From assembly GCF_001186125.1 (NCBI RefSeq), contig NW_014039750.1, positions 1 to 41,292 of the forward strand: a DNA stretch of 41,292 nt, read 5' to 3'. Below are positions 1-12,699 of this stretch, piece after piece. Below the pieces are notes generated by a model. That model was given only the letters and a program-made list of their open reading frames with translations. It ran no database searches and had not been told where the DNA came from. A program made the position numbers and the translations under genes. Each line of letters begins with the position of its first letter. Within the stretch, counting starts at the first letter, position 1. Source of the stretch: Sphaeroforma arctica JP610. Its lineage: Eukaryota.

Positions 1-24
1 TATATTATTACTATTATATTATAT

Positions 25-87
<63 letters not shown>

Positions 88-137
88 ATGTTGTGTGTGT
101 GTGTGTGTGTGCATATATATATGTATATATATATATA
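25..137. repeat. Compound (TA)n/(TG)n microsatellite
   Basis: Direct reading. Confidence 0.95.
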
Positions 138-1885
138 CGGTAAGTTCGCGATCTAAAAGGTTATTATTAGAATTGCATATGTTTTCGTCTGTGACCGTGT
201 ATGCTCAGTAATACTATTAATAAACTACTCTATGACTAATGTGAGCCGATCATCTTGCTGTTGTATTGATGGTGACAGCATCAACAATTGCCTTCGTAGC
301 ATAGTACCTCCACTTACATTTACTATTGTTCCGGGGCAACGTATGGAAACAGTTTGTTCACTCGGTGTGGTTGAAGGCTGGTATTCCATGATGCTTGATT
401 GGTCTTGAGCACGTTTTTTAACTGCCTCCACACCCTTTTGACGACCTGATCCCTGATTTCGCTTCGTTCCGTCTTTATTCATCCCTTTTTCTTTTAGCTC
501 GCTCGGCACTTCTTTTGACGCTATAGGGCCGCCAGAGCCTTTTTGGCGACGTGAACCATTCTTGCTGTGGCCCTTTAGTTTCCCCGTAGCAGTTTTGTCC
601 GACATACTCACAAGAAGTAGGTACAAAGGACTGACACAACTACTCGTCGAATGTGCCTAAATACATGCCAAAGTCTATTTATCTTTTTAATAAAAGTGTG
701 TAAATATATACGACATGAACGAAAATTGTGTAAGTACAAGGGCTAGGTTACGCGCCAAAATCTCAAATCACCACTGAAATTAGCTAATTACAACCTGACT
801 TGAACTTTAAATAGCATCTCCAAATGATTGACCTAATAACTACAGACTGCATCCGCTGTATCAGTATAGATATAGTCTCCTTGTTGACTGAATCATATAA
901 ATATATATATAACTACCCAATGAGGAGCTATGATGTATCTCTATTCAGACATAACGTCTAGCATCTCCAATGATTGACCTAATATTTATAACTACAGAGT
1001 ACAGAGTCTACAGACTGATGAATTCATACACTGTACAGGAGACACCCTCTGGTGGTCCCTGACTGAGTCTGAAAGTATCTACATACCTATTTGTGCATTT
1101 ATTTTACTAATCTCTAATAAGAGTCTAAAGTCAGTCACTCTAAAAAGTCTAAACCCAGTTTTTTTTCTTTAAAAACAAATACCTCAGTCCTGATGACCTG
1201 ATGTGGACTCCTCATCACTCATCAGACCTCAGGTCACAACTCACAACTCACAGACAACAGTCCAAAAAGCCAGGACAGTTTTTATTGGTTGTTGACAACG
1301 TGATAAATTTAGGGTATGAAGTCGATCTTTGCTCAAACAGATATTACTCTTGCTCTATTATATGGGGTATCTATATTCTATTTCGTGGATGAACTGAATG
1401 ATGAATCTGGCTGCTTTATAGTGATGGTACTGATACTATGGAAAACTGCTTGAAAACATGAAAATTGTGGAAGAGTGTTTTGTTTTTTGTTTTTTGTTTT
1501 TTAAAAATAATTATGAAACATAACCCCCCGCCCCCGGCCCCTGCTTGGCGGAGTTAGCGAAGCTCGAGATAAAACATAAATACTATGCAGATTGTTCATG
1601 CATAGACTCTCTCTCTCTCGCTTCTTGTTGTGACTCTCTTCTTCTTGTGTGTGTGGAGTTGTAGACTGTAGAGTGTCAGACTGTCAGCGGCTCCGCTGTC
1701 AGCTGTCAGTGGCTCAGTGCAGACTGCAGACTGTAGACTAAAGGGTGCACTGCAGACTCGCGGTCTCACGGCCGACCGGAAACTTGAAAAGTCGGTGAAA
1801 CTGAAAAGTGAAACTGTGAAAACTCTGTTCTCCTCCACAAGAACTCACAAGAAGTCTCGACTTTCGAGTCTCAACTCTCAACTAT

Positions 1886-1988
1886 CAAGCCTCAACTCTA
1901 GATAAGTCTCAACCCTCAAGCCTCAACTCTAGATAAGTCTCAACCCTCAAGCCTCAACTCTAGATAAGTCTCAACCCTCAAGCCTCAA
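1886..1988. repeat. 31-bp minisatellite, ~3.3 copies
   Basis: Unit TCAAGCCTCAACTCTAGATAAGTCTCAACCC. Confidence 0.9.
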
Positions 1989-2319
1989 GACCTCAACTCT
2001 CAACTCTCAACTCTCAGTTCGAACCTCATCTCTCAACAACTCACTCAAGTCTCAAGTCTCAAGTCTCAAGTTTCGGACTCTCGGCACGTCTGTTATGATT
2101 CAAAGAATACTGATGTGATGTAAATATGACTCTTTCATATAAAACAGTCCGCTGCCGTCTGCACTCTGCACTCTGCACTCTGCAGTCTGCAGGGCAGTGC
2201 TAGAATCTGGAGTCTATATTAGAGAAAGCTATACCTATATTTTGCAACTACTTTTGTTAATGCTCGACCTGGATCAAAGATCTGATGAATACACTCAATG
2301 GAGTGTTTACTCTGTGTAC

Positions 2320-2357
2320 ACGTGTGTGTATACGTGCGTGTATATACACGTGTGTGT

Positions 2358-2397
<40 letters not shown>

Positions 2398-2420
2398 GTG
2401 TGTGTGTGTTTGTGTGTGTG
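2320..2420. repeat. (TG)n microsatellite
   Basis: Direct reading. Confidence 0.95.
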
Positions 2421-2905
2421 AACACGCTGTCGCCGATATTCGGATACTGTCAAGGGCACGGTGGCCACCGTTAATAATTGAACAACTAAGATTTTGTCAG
2501 AGCAGGTTATATGGTCTGTCTCATGGGTTGTGCCGCCGTGTTCACTGACTGACAGAATACATTATTGAAGTCTGAGCTGTAGGTTGGACGAGATATGGAT
2601 TCGAGGAGACATTCAAGCGACTCAGGAAATAAGAAACTTGTGCGCTAGGGATCAAAGTTTGGTAGTGGAATACTATGTATATCGTGGCTGCTACCAATAT
2701 AATATATCCTTTTTTTGGCACTTATTGCACAAGATTATCCTAAAAATACAATAATATGTACTAAATGCAAATCCTCAATTCAATTTCAAAATCCACTGTG
2801 CGCTCGTTTAAATAACAAGCTAAGGTGAAGAATTCATGTAAGGGCATTTTTCACTTTTACTATCTATTTTACAGGGATATGTAGATGAATTTCAGCGTAT
2901 GTATC

Positions 2906-2908
<3 letters not shown>

Positions 2909-2999
<91 letters not shown>

Positions 3000-3047
3000 T
3001 GTATGTATATAATATAAATATATGTATATCCTGTATTATATATATAC

Positions 3048-3104
<57 letters not shown>

Positions 3105-3362
3105 TGTGTGTGAATGTGTGCGTGTGCGTGTGTGTTTGTGTACGTATGTGTGTTTGTGTGAGCGTATGTGGGTGCGGGTGGGTATGGGTGTGTGAGTGGG
3201 TGGCTGGGTGTGTATTTGTTGACGGGTCGATGAATGCGGGTGTAGGTTAGAGCGTGTGGTGTGTGTGTGTTTTCTTGCGTCTCGCATATATGTGTGAGAG
3301 AGAGTGTGTGTGTGTGTGCATGTTGATAAATAAATATGTAGATATATATATATATATATATA
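2909..3362. repeat. Compound (TA)n/(TG)n microsatellite block
   Basis: Direct reading. Confidence 0.95.
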
Positions 3363-3592
3363 TGTTATATAAGTAGGTGTGTATGAGGGCATTGTTGTAT
3401 ATCTGTATTGTATGTAAATCTACACTGTACGTCTATCCTTCTGAACTAATAACCTATATATCCGAATATAGTCATATACGAAGGCATATAAGTATATTTG
3501 TACATTCTGTTATACATACTATACACATCCACCAATGCACTCGTACACACCTACGTATAAAATATATAAATTCACATGTTTATATATTAGCA

Positions 3593-3595
<3 letters not shown>

Positions 3596-3678
<83 letters not shown>

Positions 3679-3692
3679 CGACACACACACAC
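3596..3692. repeat. (CA)n microsatellite running into an assembly gap
   Basis: Direct reading. Confidence 0.95.
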
Positions 3693-4233
3693 NNNNNNNN
3701 NNNNNNNNNNNNATATATAATAGTTAGAAAATGTGTATTTTATATACATCTAGAGTGTACGTCTATCCTTATGCACTGATAACCTATGTATGCGAATATA
3801 GTCATATACGAATGCATTTTAGTATATTTGTATATTAAGAGATACATTTAAGAACGGATTCAACTTTGCAACTTTTATTTTTTGAAACAATAGGCCTGTT
3901 GCAACTGAATTGCATCTTGTTTATTTACAACGATATATTTTGTCTTATATATACGAATACGTTTATATACGAATACACATAAGTATGTTTAAGTCGTGTG
4001 GTACCTTATGAAACAAGCTTCACATCGCAACTTTTATTTATTGAAACAATAGGCCTGTTGCTATTGATTTCCGTTTTGCTTGCTAGTGCACGGTTGATTA
4101 CGACCGTACGAAATACCCGTTATTGGTAGTTAAAAATTCTTCTTGATATTAAAAAATAATAATTTCATCTTGAAATTCGACAAGCGCTGCATTATTCACT
4201 TCCAGAATGAGACGCTGCGTTCCAGGTGTATCT

Positions 4234-5406
4234 CTAGCGTCTGTCTATTTCCAACCAGTCAAAATAGTCACGCTCTCCGTCCGTAATGGTCTCACTAAAT
4301 GCATACCCCGTTCCGCTGCCCTCGCTAGAGTTCTCTGTATTCACTGGATAAATGTTTTGCTGGTTGTTGTAAAGATCTATGTCTTGCATAAGTGCTGGAC
4401 AGCTAGACCTCGACTGAATTTGCCTACCGAAATCAGTTGCTCTTCTCCCGGATTGTGCAAGTCTAATTGAAGCACGCCGTTGAGTATTTTGTCGTGTGCC
4501 TGGGTGAGATCGCTGCCTACATGCCCGAACTGCCTTCTTTGAGGCCTTCGCAACAGAATGTACCATCGATGATGTACGATGTACTGCACTCTTCACGTTG
4601 ATTTTTGAAATGCGTACTTTAGAAACACTGACATCGGATAAGGCGTCGTTTAATACATGTTGCTGATGGTTTACAGCCATAGGATTCTCCAATAAATCAG
4701 CTACTATTGCACGCACAACATCTGTGCCTGTGCAATTGTATGCAGTATTCCACCAACCCACGTAAAGCTTCGACAGCTTTGACACGCACCCTAGCCTCGA
4801 ACCTTCGGTAAAAGAACGGATTGCACAAGCAGCTTTCTCTGGACTTCGCAGACAAGAATCAAATAACTTTTTACTTGGTAACTCATGAAGGGCGATAGAG
4901 ACCACAAGGTTAATTTGAACCTCTCTCAAAATATTCAAGGGGCAGAGAAGCTCGTCAGTTTTACTATTGCGGCCATGGCGGAGAATTATGGCAATGACTT
5001 CCTCATGATCGAACCACGCCATATGGTGGGAAGCTAGGTCATAATTATCTGATGTCTGTGTATTGCCGGTGGGTTCCTCTACCAAATTGATGCTCCGCTT
5101 TCGATTCTGCAAGCCTTTCTCCTTAGATGCGCTGCGATAGGTGAACCCGTGTGGGGATAATCGACAAACCGAAGGTGGACCCATTGAATCTTTATCTCTG
5201 CTCCTATTTGTTCTTAATACGCGCTCACATTTATACGCGCTTGTGTTCAGCACTGTATCTTCTCCATCGTACTGAACTTGGTCGTATTTTGGATTTATAT
5301 TTCGTACACGGTAATTAAACATCTTGTCGCCAGCAACTTGCGTGAACCTATCCAAATCCGCTTCGTAATTGTATTCAAAATATCTAGTAGACATTGTGTA
5401 AAACAC
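4234..5406 (-). CDS. Uninterrupted 390-aa ORF of unknown function, possibly transposon-derived
   Basis: Long open frame in a region where ORFs are otherwise short; no motif confidently recognised. Confidence 0.45.
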   Translation of the reverse strand: MFYTMSTRYFEYNYEADLDRFTQVAGDKMFNYRVRNINPKYDQVQYDGEDTVLNTSAYKCERVLRTNRSRDKDSMGPPSVCRLSPHGFTYRSASKEKGLQNRKRSINLVEEPTGNTQTSDNYDLASHHMAWFDHEEVIAIILRHGRNSKTDELLCPLNILREVQINLVVSIALHELPSKKLFDSCLRSPEKAACAIRSFTEGSRLGCVSKLSKLYVGWWNTAYNCTGTDVVRAIVADLLENPMAVNHQQHVLNDALSDVSVSKVRISKINVKSAVHRTSSMVHSVAKASKKAVRACRQRSHPGTRQNTQRRASIRLAQSGRRATDFGRQIQSRSSCPALMQDIDLYNNQQNIYPVNTENSSEGSGTGYAFSETITDGERDYFDWLEIDRR

Positions 5407-6610
5407 ATGCCTTCCTATGCTATTTCAAACGCTCGCTTACATGCAACTCGCCATTATTTTCCACACACTTACATCGGAAAGCAGTGTTGTGCTGGATTGT
5501 ACATTTGAGTGAGGATATGCTTTGTGGTCTTCTATAGTATATATGCAATTGCACATCGCTGATTCATTAACGCGTTACCAGTTTCGTCATTTCGGGTGTA
5601 AATATTTCACTACCTACACGCATATATGATATATACAAAGGACAAATAGCGACGTTTTCGGTTTTGTAAATACAGTGTCGTCTCCTGGCGGTGGCTGTCC
5701 TGACTCCAGAGTTCAACTTTTTGTCTCTGGGACTCGGGTGTGGGATATAATATTTACTTTTTACTCCAAGATGAAAGCCATCTAATATTTCGAGAGTAAT
5801 GATTGATACTGGTCATTGGTCAATCTGTTGGCCGACATAATATATTTACATCATTACACAGTTACACAGTATGCACACACTTTTAGTCTTTTACATAATA
5901 ATAGTACAGTTTTCTTTTAATTTTTGGCGACTTCTTGTGCTCTTGTTGTGCTGGACTGTTAGCTGTAGATAGCCTCACAGCCACAGCACACAGACAGGCC
6001 ACTCCTCACAGGCCCAGCGGCCAGCACCCCGGCCCCCAGCCCTGTCAGGCTGTTGGGCTGTCATACTACGGGTTTCTAGAGGATCAGCAAAGGGTAAAGG
6101 CTATAGACCATAGAGAGAGGATGTCTATTGTCCAGTCCCCAGGCCCAGGGCCCAGATCACTATCAGAGATCACGGATATGCAGTCAATTTTTCAAAAAAT
6201 AAATATTTCCCTATTTAGTGGAGTCCCGGCAGGTCCTATTTACATGTCTGCCTGAGCCGGACCTGAGACCTCAAACCTCAGCAGCCCAGGCCTAACCTCA
6301 TACCGTTTTTCATTTATAAATCGAAAAATATATACGTTTACGTTCAGCTTTTATTTCATATGCGGTCCTTTGTATGCTCATAGGTGTAACTTGCGGGTCT
6401 TTAAAGTGTGTATCATGTTCACGATACGAACCAGTCCTATAAAAGAACTTAGGTAGGCCCTTCTGATCACATTATAACCGCTATAACGTTTTAAAATCCA
6501 ATAAATATGCGTTTACGCTCAACTTATATCCCGTACCCCCACAACGTTATGAGCGTAGCACAGGCCCACTGTCCTGAATAGTGTGTCCAAAATTGAGTAT
6601 TATTTAGAGA

Positions 6611-7603
6611 CTGTAGAAATCTTGATGCCACCACTGGAAGAGCCACCTAAACTGCCACCTACAGTTCGAGCCACCTAAATTGGCCACCATTGTAAGAGCC
6701 ACCTACAGTCGCCACCTACGCGATACCATAGTATACTGTACGTGTATACACAATAAAATTAAAAGAATTCTTAGTATGATTTATGCCTAATAATACGCGT
6801 ATATGTGTGTATTGAGACATGTTTTGTCTGAACCGAAATTTAATCTTGTATGTATTTATTGTCCTCGCTCTCTTCAATTTGCAATCACCACGATTATAAG
6901 AGTCCGTCTGGCGAAGAAGACTCTTGACTACTTCCCGCGTTACCCGTTGAATACCAGAAGTACCGCCAACATCACTACATAATCCATCCACTCTCTTTCT
7001 TTTCTTTGATCGGTGCGCCAACTTTCCAATGCTAATGTACCACTGTGGGTTCCAAGCAGATTGTTTGCAGTATCAACGAATAAAAGTGTCTCCAGACTTG
7101 TGAGTACACTTCGTAGCTTTTTGACTGTCCATGTCTCAAAAATAGGATCTTCTAGAAGTGATAAATTCCCACAATCTCCAAAAGCATCTACATTAACAAC
7201 CTCGTGAACTCCAGTTGGAAGTTCAAAGAGTACACCGGTCTTTACATCCTTCTCTCCCGGATGGTACTGTGACTTACGCTCCACTTTGACTGACATGATT
7301 TTCGGTCTCACTTTAATGTCTACTAGCTATATAATCTCTCAGTACAGCTCAATACAAACTCGATATAACGCTCAATTTTCGTGGTGTTTACACACATATA
7401 CTATGTATTGTACGCATGTGTGATTTACTATAGTGATTACTATAGTAATGGTGGTTTCGTGTCAGAATTTTCATGGATGGTGTCAATAATGGGTGTAGGT
7501 GACGACTATAGGTGGCTCTTACAATGGTGGCCAATTTAAGTGGCTCGATCTGTAGGTGGCGGTTTAGGTGGCTCTTACAGTGGTGGCATCAAAATTTCTC
7601 GAG
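6611..7603. mobile_element. ~1-kb non-autonomous DNA transposon-like element with ~105-bp terminal inverted repeats
   Basis: 6615-6720 (AGAAATCTTGATGCCACCACTG...GCCACCTAC) is the near reverse complement of 7495-7599; the TIRs are built of repeated GCCACC motifs; no convincing TSD. Confidence 0.8.
6940..7311 (-). pseudogene. Possible OTU-like cysteine protease fragment inside the TIR element
   Basis: VVNVDAFGDCGNLSL..LR..EWM..LAV..FN resembles the OTU D-G-x-C loop, LR helix and W motif; catalytic His not in frame. Confidence 0.35.
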
Positions 7604-7992
7604 TATGTGACCTACCACTGCCGCCAGGGGCCTATTCTCTACTCTGGAGGGCCCTCAAGAGAGCTAGGGCCCTCTCTACTCTCTCTCGCTCTCTAGTGTC
7701 TAGAGTAGTAGAGAGTCAGAGGGCCCTGCCACTGGGGCCTGGGCTGCGGCCTGTACCCTGTACATAGGCTGTCACTATAGCCCACTTCATCTTGTCCTTC
7801 ATTCCTTCGCTTTTGCTCCTTCTCTACAGAGTACAGACTACAGACTACAGTCTGATCACAGAGTCTACTTACATAGTCGCTTTTAAACTCGCCACTGTGG
7901 CCCGTGGGACTGAGCCACACTGTGGAGTGTAGACTGTAGAGTGTGGACTGTGGACTGTGGACTGTGGACTGTGGACTGTGGACTGTGCTGGG

Positions 7993-8338
7993 CTGGCATG
8001 AGGTCGCGACATGTCGTCTTAAAAAACATGTAAACGACCGTCGCGACGTGTCGTCTGAAACATGTCGTATGTCGTTTCGATATACATACTGGACATGTTG
8101 TCATACATATAGTCGGAAACTTTCATAATTTTCACATTCACCCATTGGTAATCGATGAAAGGTTCCGTGGAGATTGGCGAAATTTTCAGATATTGATGAT
8201 TCAGAGGCTCTAATTTCTTCAATCTTGAGTCGGCCATAAGACATGTCGCGACACCAATGTTGCGACATGTCCCTAAAAAAATATGTAAACGACCGTCGCG
8301 ACGTGTCGCCATAGGCAAAAGACATGTCGTTTACCAGC
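7993..8338. repeat. ~345-bp element with clustered (C)GACATGTC(G) / TCGCGA palindromes near both ends
   Basis: Direct repeat GCGACATGTC..AAAAAA.ATGTAAACGACCGTCGCGACGTGTCG at ~8006-8053 and ~8262-8308; termini GCTGG..CCAGC. Confidence 0.5.
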
Positions 8339-10472
8339 TCAGGGACTGTGGACTGCAAAACTGACAAACTGTGGACCATTTGGCATTTTCAATCTTGGAT
8401 TTTTGGTGGTATGTATATCGAGGAGGATACTCTGTGCACAAATGCGTCAAAATGATTTTTTTATATTGGTTAAACCAGCCAACCAGATGCAGTGGTGATA
8501 GGACGTAAAATAGCACAAAGTCAAAAAGCTGCTTTTTTTTCTGACTTTGTATCATTTCAACATTTGCAGTTTGTTTCGTTTTTATGTTTTTTTGTATTAT
8601 AAACAAAAAATTAAAAAAATTAAACCAAAATAGGCACTCCGAAATTCCGAATAAATATTCCAACTTTTCCAAGTCCAAAACAACCCAGGGCCAGGGGCCA
8701 GAACCCAGGAGCAGTGTACTGCCTACTCTACTAGTAGATAACTAGAACTAGGCCCCAAGGCCCAGGGGCCAGGAGCCCAAGAATTGAAGAATGATAGTTG
8801 CTCTGTTTATATATTTGTTTTTGTTTTTTTTTGTAACACGGTGATGACGGTGATGCTGTTCACTGTGTATTTACACTGTTACAGTACGTATTCCAGTATT
8901 TATTTTTTTACAAAATACATAGCCTCCATTTGAATAGAGGGGAGGCTAATCAAGCCATGTATTTATGTAAAATATCATTGCTGTTTTATTTTTGGTTCTT
9001 TATTATAAAATAAAAACCTTTAACAATATGTATGTGTTTTTTTTTTACAACTAATTTTAAAACAAATGCATACTTTTGGGTGCTATTTGTGGTCTTAAAA
9101 AAATACATATATAAAAAGGAAAATATCTAGGGTCACCAGAGTTAGACTCCACTACATACTCTGGTCACACACTTTCTGACTGTCACAGCGTCCTTTATGT
9201 ATCTCGTACTGTCCCTTTTTTTTCCTTTTTTTTTAAACTCCTATCAACTGTAAAAAATGAAAAATAAACGAAACCAGCAATGGCCAATGAAAGGTGATTA
9301 CAAGTTCTGATATCCTAAAAGAATCCATAGCCTTCTATGTCTTTTTGAGGGCTATGAATAATCACATGGAAAATCCAGAGCCTACTTCAATTGACAAAAA
9401 AGGTTAAACCCCCAAATTGCTTTTCCAATGACAATTCAAAAAATGATGATACAAGAAAAGACTCCGTAAAGAGTTCAGTATGTACATAAAAAAATGAAAA
9501 GTATATATAGAGCACTGAGAATTTCCAATAGATTTCAGGACGGACCGAGGGTTGAACGGATCGCGCAGCAGGTGTACTCGACAGTGGCACTGATCTGGGC
9601 GGAAGTGACCGTGGGACCGTGGTCCGTGAGACGCCGTTGTCGACTGTGATGATAAGGGGCATATTGAATCATGTAACGTATAACTTTATTTCATCCTATA
9701 GGAAGGATTATATATATATATATATATATATCCTTCACTTAGTCATCTATAAGTATATTGTTCACATGTAAGTGCAAAGTACTCTGTTATAAGTGTCGTA
9801 TCTCTTACGACACTATGACAGGTGTCAGTTCATCTTTATGTACAATACTTGGTACCGAACTGATATTGTATCTGTAATATTTATAACAGTGTTGGATTTG
9901 TCTTGACAGGTGAGTCGGTAGGCTTGTCAGCGCTTTCACTGTGGGCCAGAGTGTGCTGAAAAATTGGTCGTCGGAATCGTCCGGATCACCGTGAGGAATG
10001 AGAGAGCCACCATGAGTGTGCAAGATGGCTGGCGTCTGATGGTAATCTTGAATATGAGCGTAGGAGAAATTGGAAGTAGAGCTGAGGTCATAAATAGTAT
10101 TGAGAGTATATTAGACAAGGGCCGAGTCGAATGAATTGATTGAATTTGTCGTCGTATAGAGGGGTTTAGGTGGCGATATGGGGGGCAGTGGGCCAGATTG
10201 ACGAGGTTCCGTACGTACCTGTGGGGGTGAGTGATGTGAACATTGGAGGTAACAAACTGTGCGACTTGGGGCAATGAGTAGGAGTGATGAGATGCCACTG
10301 GGTTTGACAGGGTCGCAACGTCGGGCGGTATGATGCTGACAAAAGGAATGGGAGTAGAGTGAACAATGGGCAAAGTAAAACAGTCGTTGAGGATGTCATA
10401 AGGTCCCGGGATGTCCAACTGAGTGGACCTCTTGTCGTTGTATAGGTGACCAATGTGGGCGTTAGTCCGAGA

Positions 10473-11232
10473 TGTAATAGCCGGACCTCCAAATTAGACT
10501 CTATGTTATAAACGTACTCTTAAGCAGTACGTAAATTATAAATGTACTCTTGTTAGTATGAGGAACTTAGGTTTCCTAAATGGTTTTTAATGGTTTTATT
10601 AGTTTATCCCTTTTCCATTTTACATATCAGATATTTGGACGAGGCCATTAAAAGGCCCCAGTAAAATACCAAACATAAGAGTTGGTCTAGATCTATTAAT
10701 AGAACTATATTTAATTTCCAACTCTATGTATGTCTGAATACTTCGGTAGCGAGATGGCTCAATCGAATATAGGTTTCTAGGGACTATTTACGTTACCTAG
10801 TTGATCCACCGATCAGCCAACCAGATATACCTGTCTGATGAAGGCTAAGTCGGAAGTTCTTGATAAGGGGCAAGTTATTGGTTAAGACAAAAACTAAGGA
10901 CATCAAGAGTATTATTTTCTTCTTTTTTTTCTTTCTTTTTCTAAAGATAGGATTTTATGAGTCTCTCAGATTCGCCCTAACGAAACATGCCATAGTTTCT
11001 AATAGAGCGACAACGAAACACTAATAAAATCCCTTCGGCGGAAACAGTACTGAGAGGAATATATATAGGCAATGTCTCAGCCTCACAATCCCTCAGAGTA
11101 TTGCTGTTTTCATGAGGCATACCTAACTTTACTAAAAGTCTCATTTCGTTTATTTACTTTGATATTTTCACGATATTTGAATTTACCTACGCGTTTATTT
11201 ACTCTAAGGCGTTAATATCGCCGTAATAGACA
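10473..11232 (+). repeat. LTR-like repeat family D, copy 1 (right end approximate)
   Basis: Begins TGTAATAGCCGG; reverse-complement match to 11489-12548 and 22858-23603. Confidence 0.75.
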
Positions 11233-11488
11233 AGTTTGTTATTTCTAGTATCATGCTGATATTACATCCGGAGGCTTTCGGGGGTGCTGTGCTTGCTGCG
11301 GCCGAGAAGTACGCCAAAGCTGCCATTGAATTCATATTTATGACCTGCTTTCTTTGCGTCGCTCTCCAGTTTGAAGACAACGAGGCATCCGAATCTAGCT
11401 TCTGGGATGTGCGAGATATGAGTCTGATGTCAGACGTCATTTGGTGAATAGACCCCTTCTAGTGAGGATAGTAGTTTGTTCCTGAGCA

Positions 11489-12548
11489 TGTAAGATTCGG
11501 TCTAACAAAGGCGATACTAATGCCTTAGAATAAATAAATGCGTAGGTAAATTCTATATATCGTGTAAATATCGATATAAATAAACGAAATGGGACGTTTA
11601 ATAAAGTTAGGTTTGCCTCGTGAAAACAACAATACTCTGAGGGATTGTGAGGCTGAGACATTGCCTATATATAATCCTCTCAGTACTGTTTCCGCCGAAG
11701 GGATTTTATTTAGTGTTTCGTTGTCGCTCTATTCTGGGGCGAATCCGAGTGACTCATAAAATCCTATCTTTAGAAAAAAGAAACAAAAAATAAAAATACT
11801 CTTGACGTCTTCAGTTATTGTCTTAACCAATAACTTGCCACTAACCCATTCCGCGGCACTACACGGCGCAGATCCGATCCGTACCACAAAGGTGGGTACT
11901 CTACTTATTAGGTCAGCAAGCAAATATATGGAACATTCGATAGTAACAGTGTTTTGTCAACACCGGCCCGAATTGACTCAGCACATATCTTCCATTGTCG
12001 ACTCACTTGGCCCAAGCTTCAAACGGGAATTTACTGACCACTTCTTCTCATACAGCGACTATGAGAGCCATACCATATGTTCATACATTGTATCATACAT
12101 ACTTGCCATTTTTGAAATAAATAATATTATCCCTATCAAGAATTACCGACTTAGCCTTCATCAGACTGGCACATCTGGTTGGCTTATCCGAGGATCAACT
12201 AGGTAACGTTAACAGTCCCTAGAAACCTATCGCTACCGAAGTATTCAGATATAAACAAAATTGAAAAGTAAATAAAGCTCTATTAATAGAACTAGACCAA
12301 CTCTTTTATGTTTGGTATTTTACTGAGGCCTTTTAATGGCCTCATCCAAAAATCTGATAAGTTAAAAGGAAAAGGTTTAATTAATAAATCCATTAAAACC
12401 CATTTTAGGAAACTTAAGTTCCTCGTGCTATTAAGAGTACATTTAGGAAACTGAAGTTCCTCATACTATTAAGAGTACGCTTATAATTTGCGTACTGCTT
12501 AAGAGTACGTTTATACATAGAGTCTAATGTGGAGGCCCGGCTTATACA
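11489..12548 (-). repeat. LTR-like repeat family D, copy 2, with a ~290-bp internal insertion
   Basis: TG..CA ends; flanks AGCA/ATCA (possible decayed 4-bp TSD); homologous to the other D copies. Confidence 0.75.
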
Positions 12549-12699
12549 ATCATAAGTGCCCAGCTGAGGGAATCTCCTCAGAGAGCAACATGTATCCATG
12601 TGTCTATAAGTAGGCATTGGACGAGCTTGTTGAAAACGCGGTGGACGTTCTCAGCTTTGCCGTTTAATTGGGGTGTGTAAAGGGGGGAAGGGTGGGGGG

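Noticed and set aside
225..626. 133-aa Lys/Gly-rich ORF
   Set aside because: No recognisable domain, no ATG at the listed start, and no supporting gene structure.
1886..1988. 31-bp repeats as a possible CRISPR array
   Set aside because: Head-to-tail units with no unique spacers and no cas genes, in eukaryotic context. The same applies to 21590-21995.
2197..3749. ORFs rich in CV/HT/YI dipeptides
   Set aside because: Translations of dinucleotide microsatellites.
9805..10470. Overlapping minus-strand ORFs with a GPY word, truncated by repeat D
   Set aside because: Looks like decayed coding sequence, but I could not match it to integrase or any other family.
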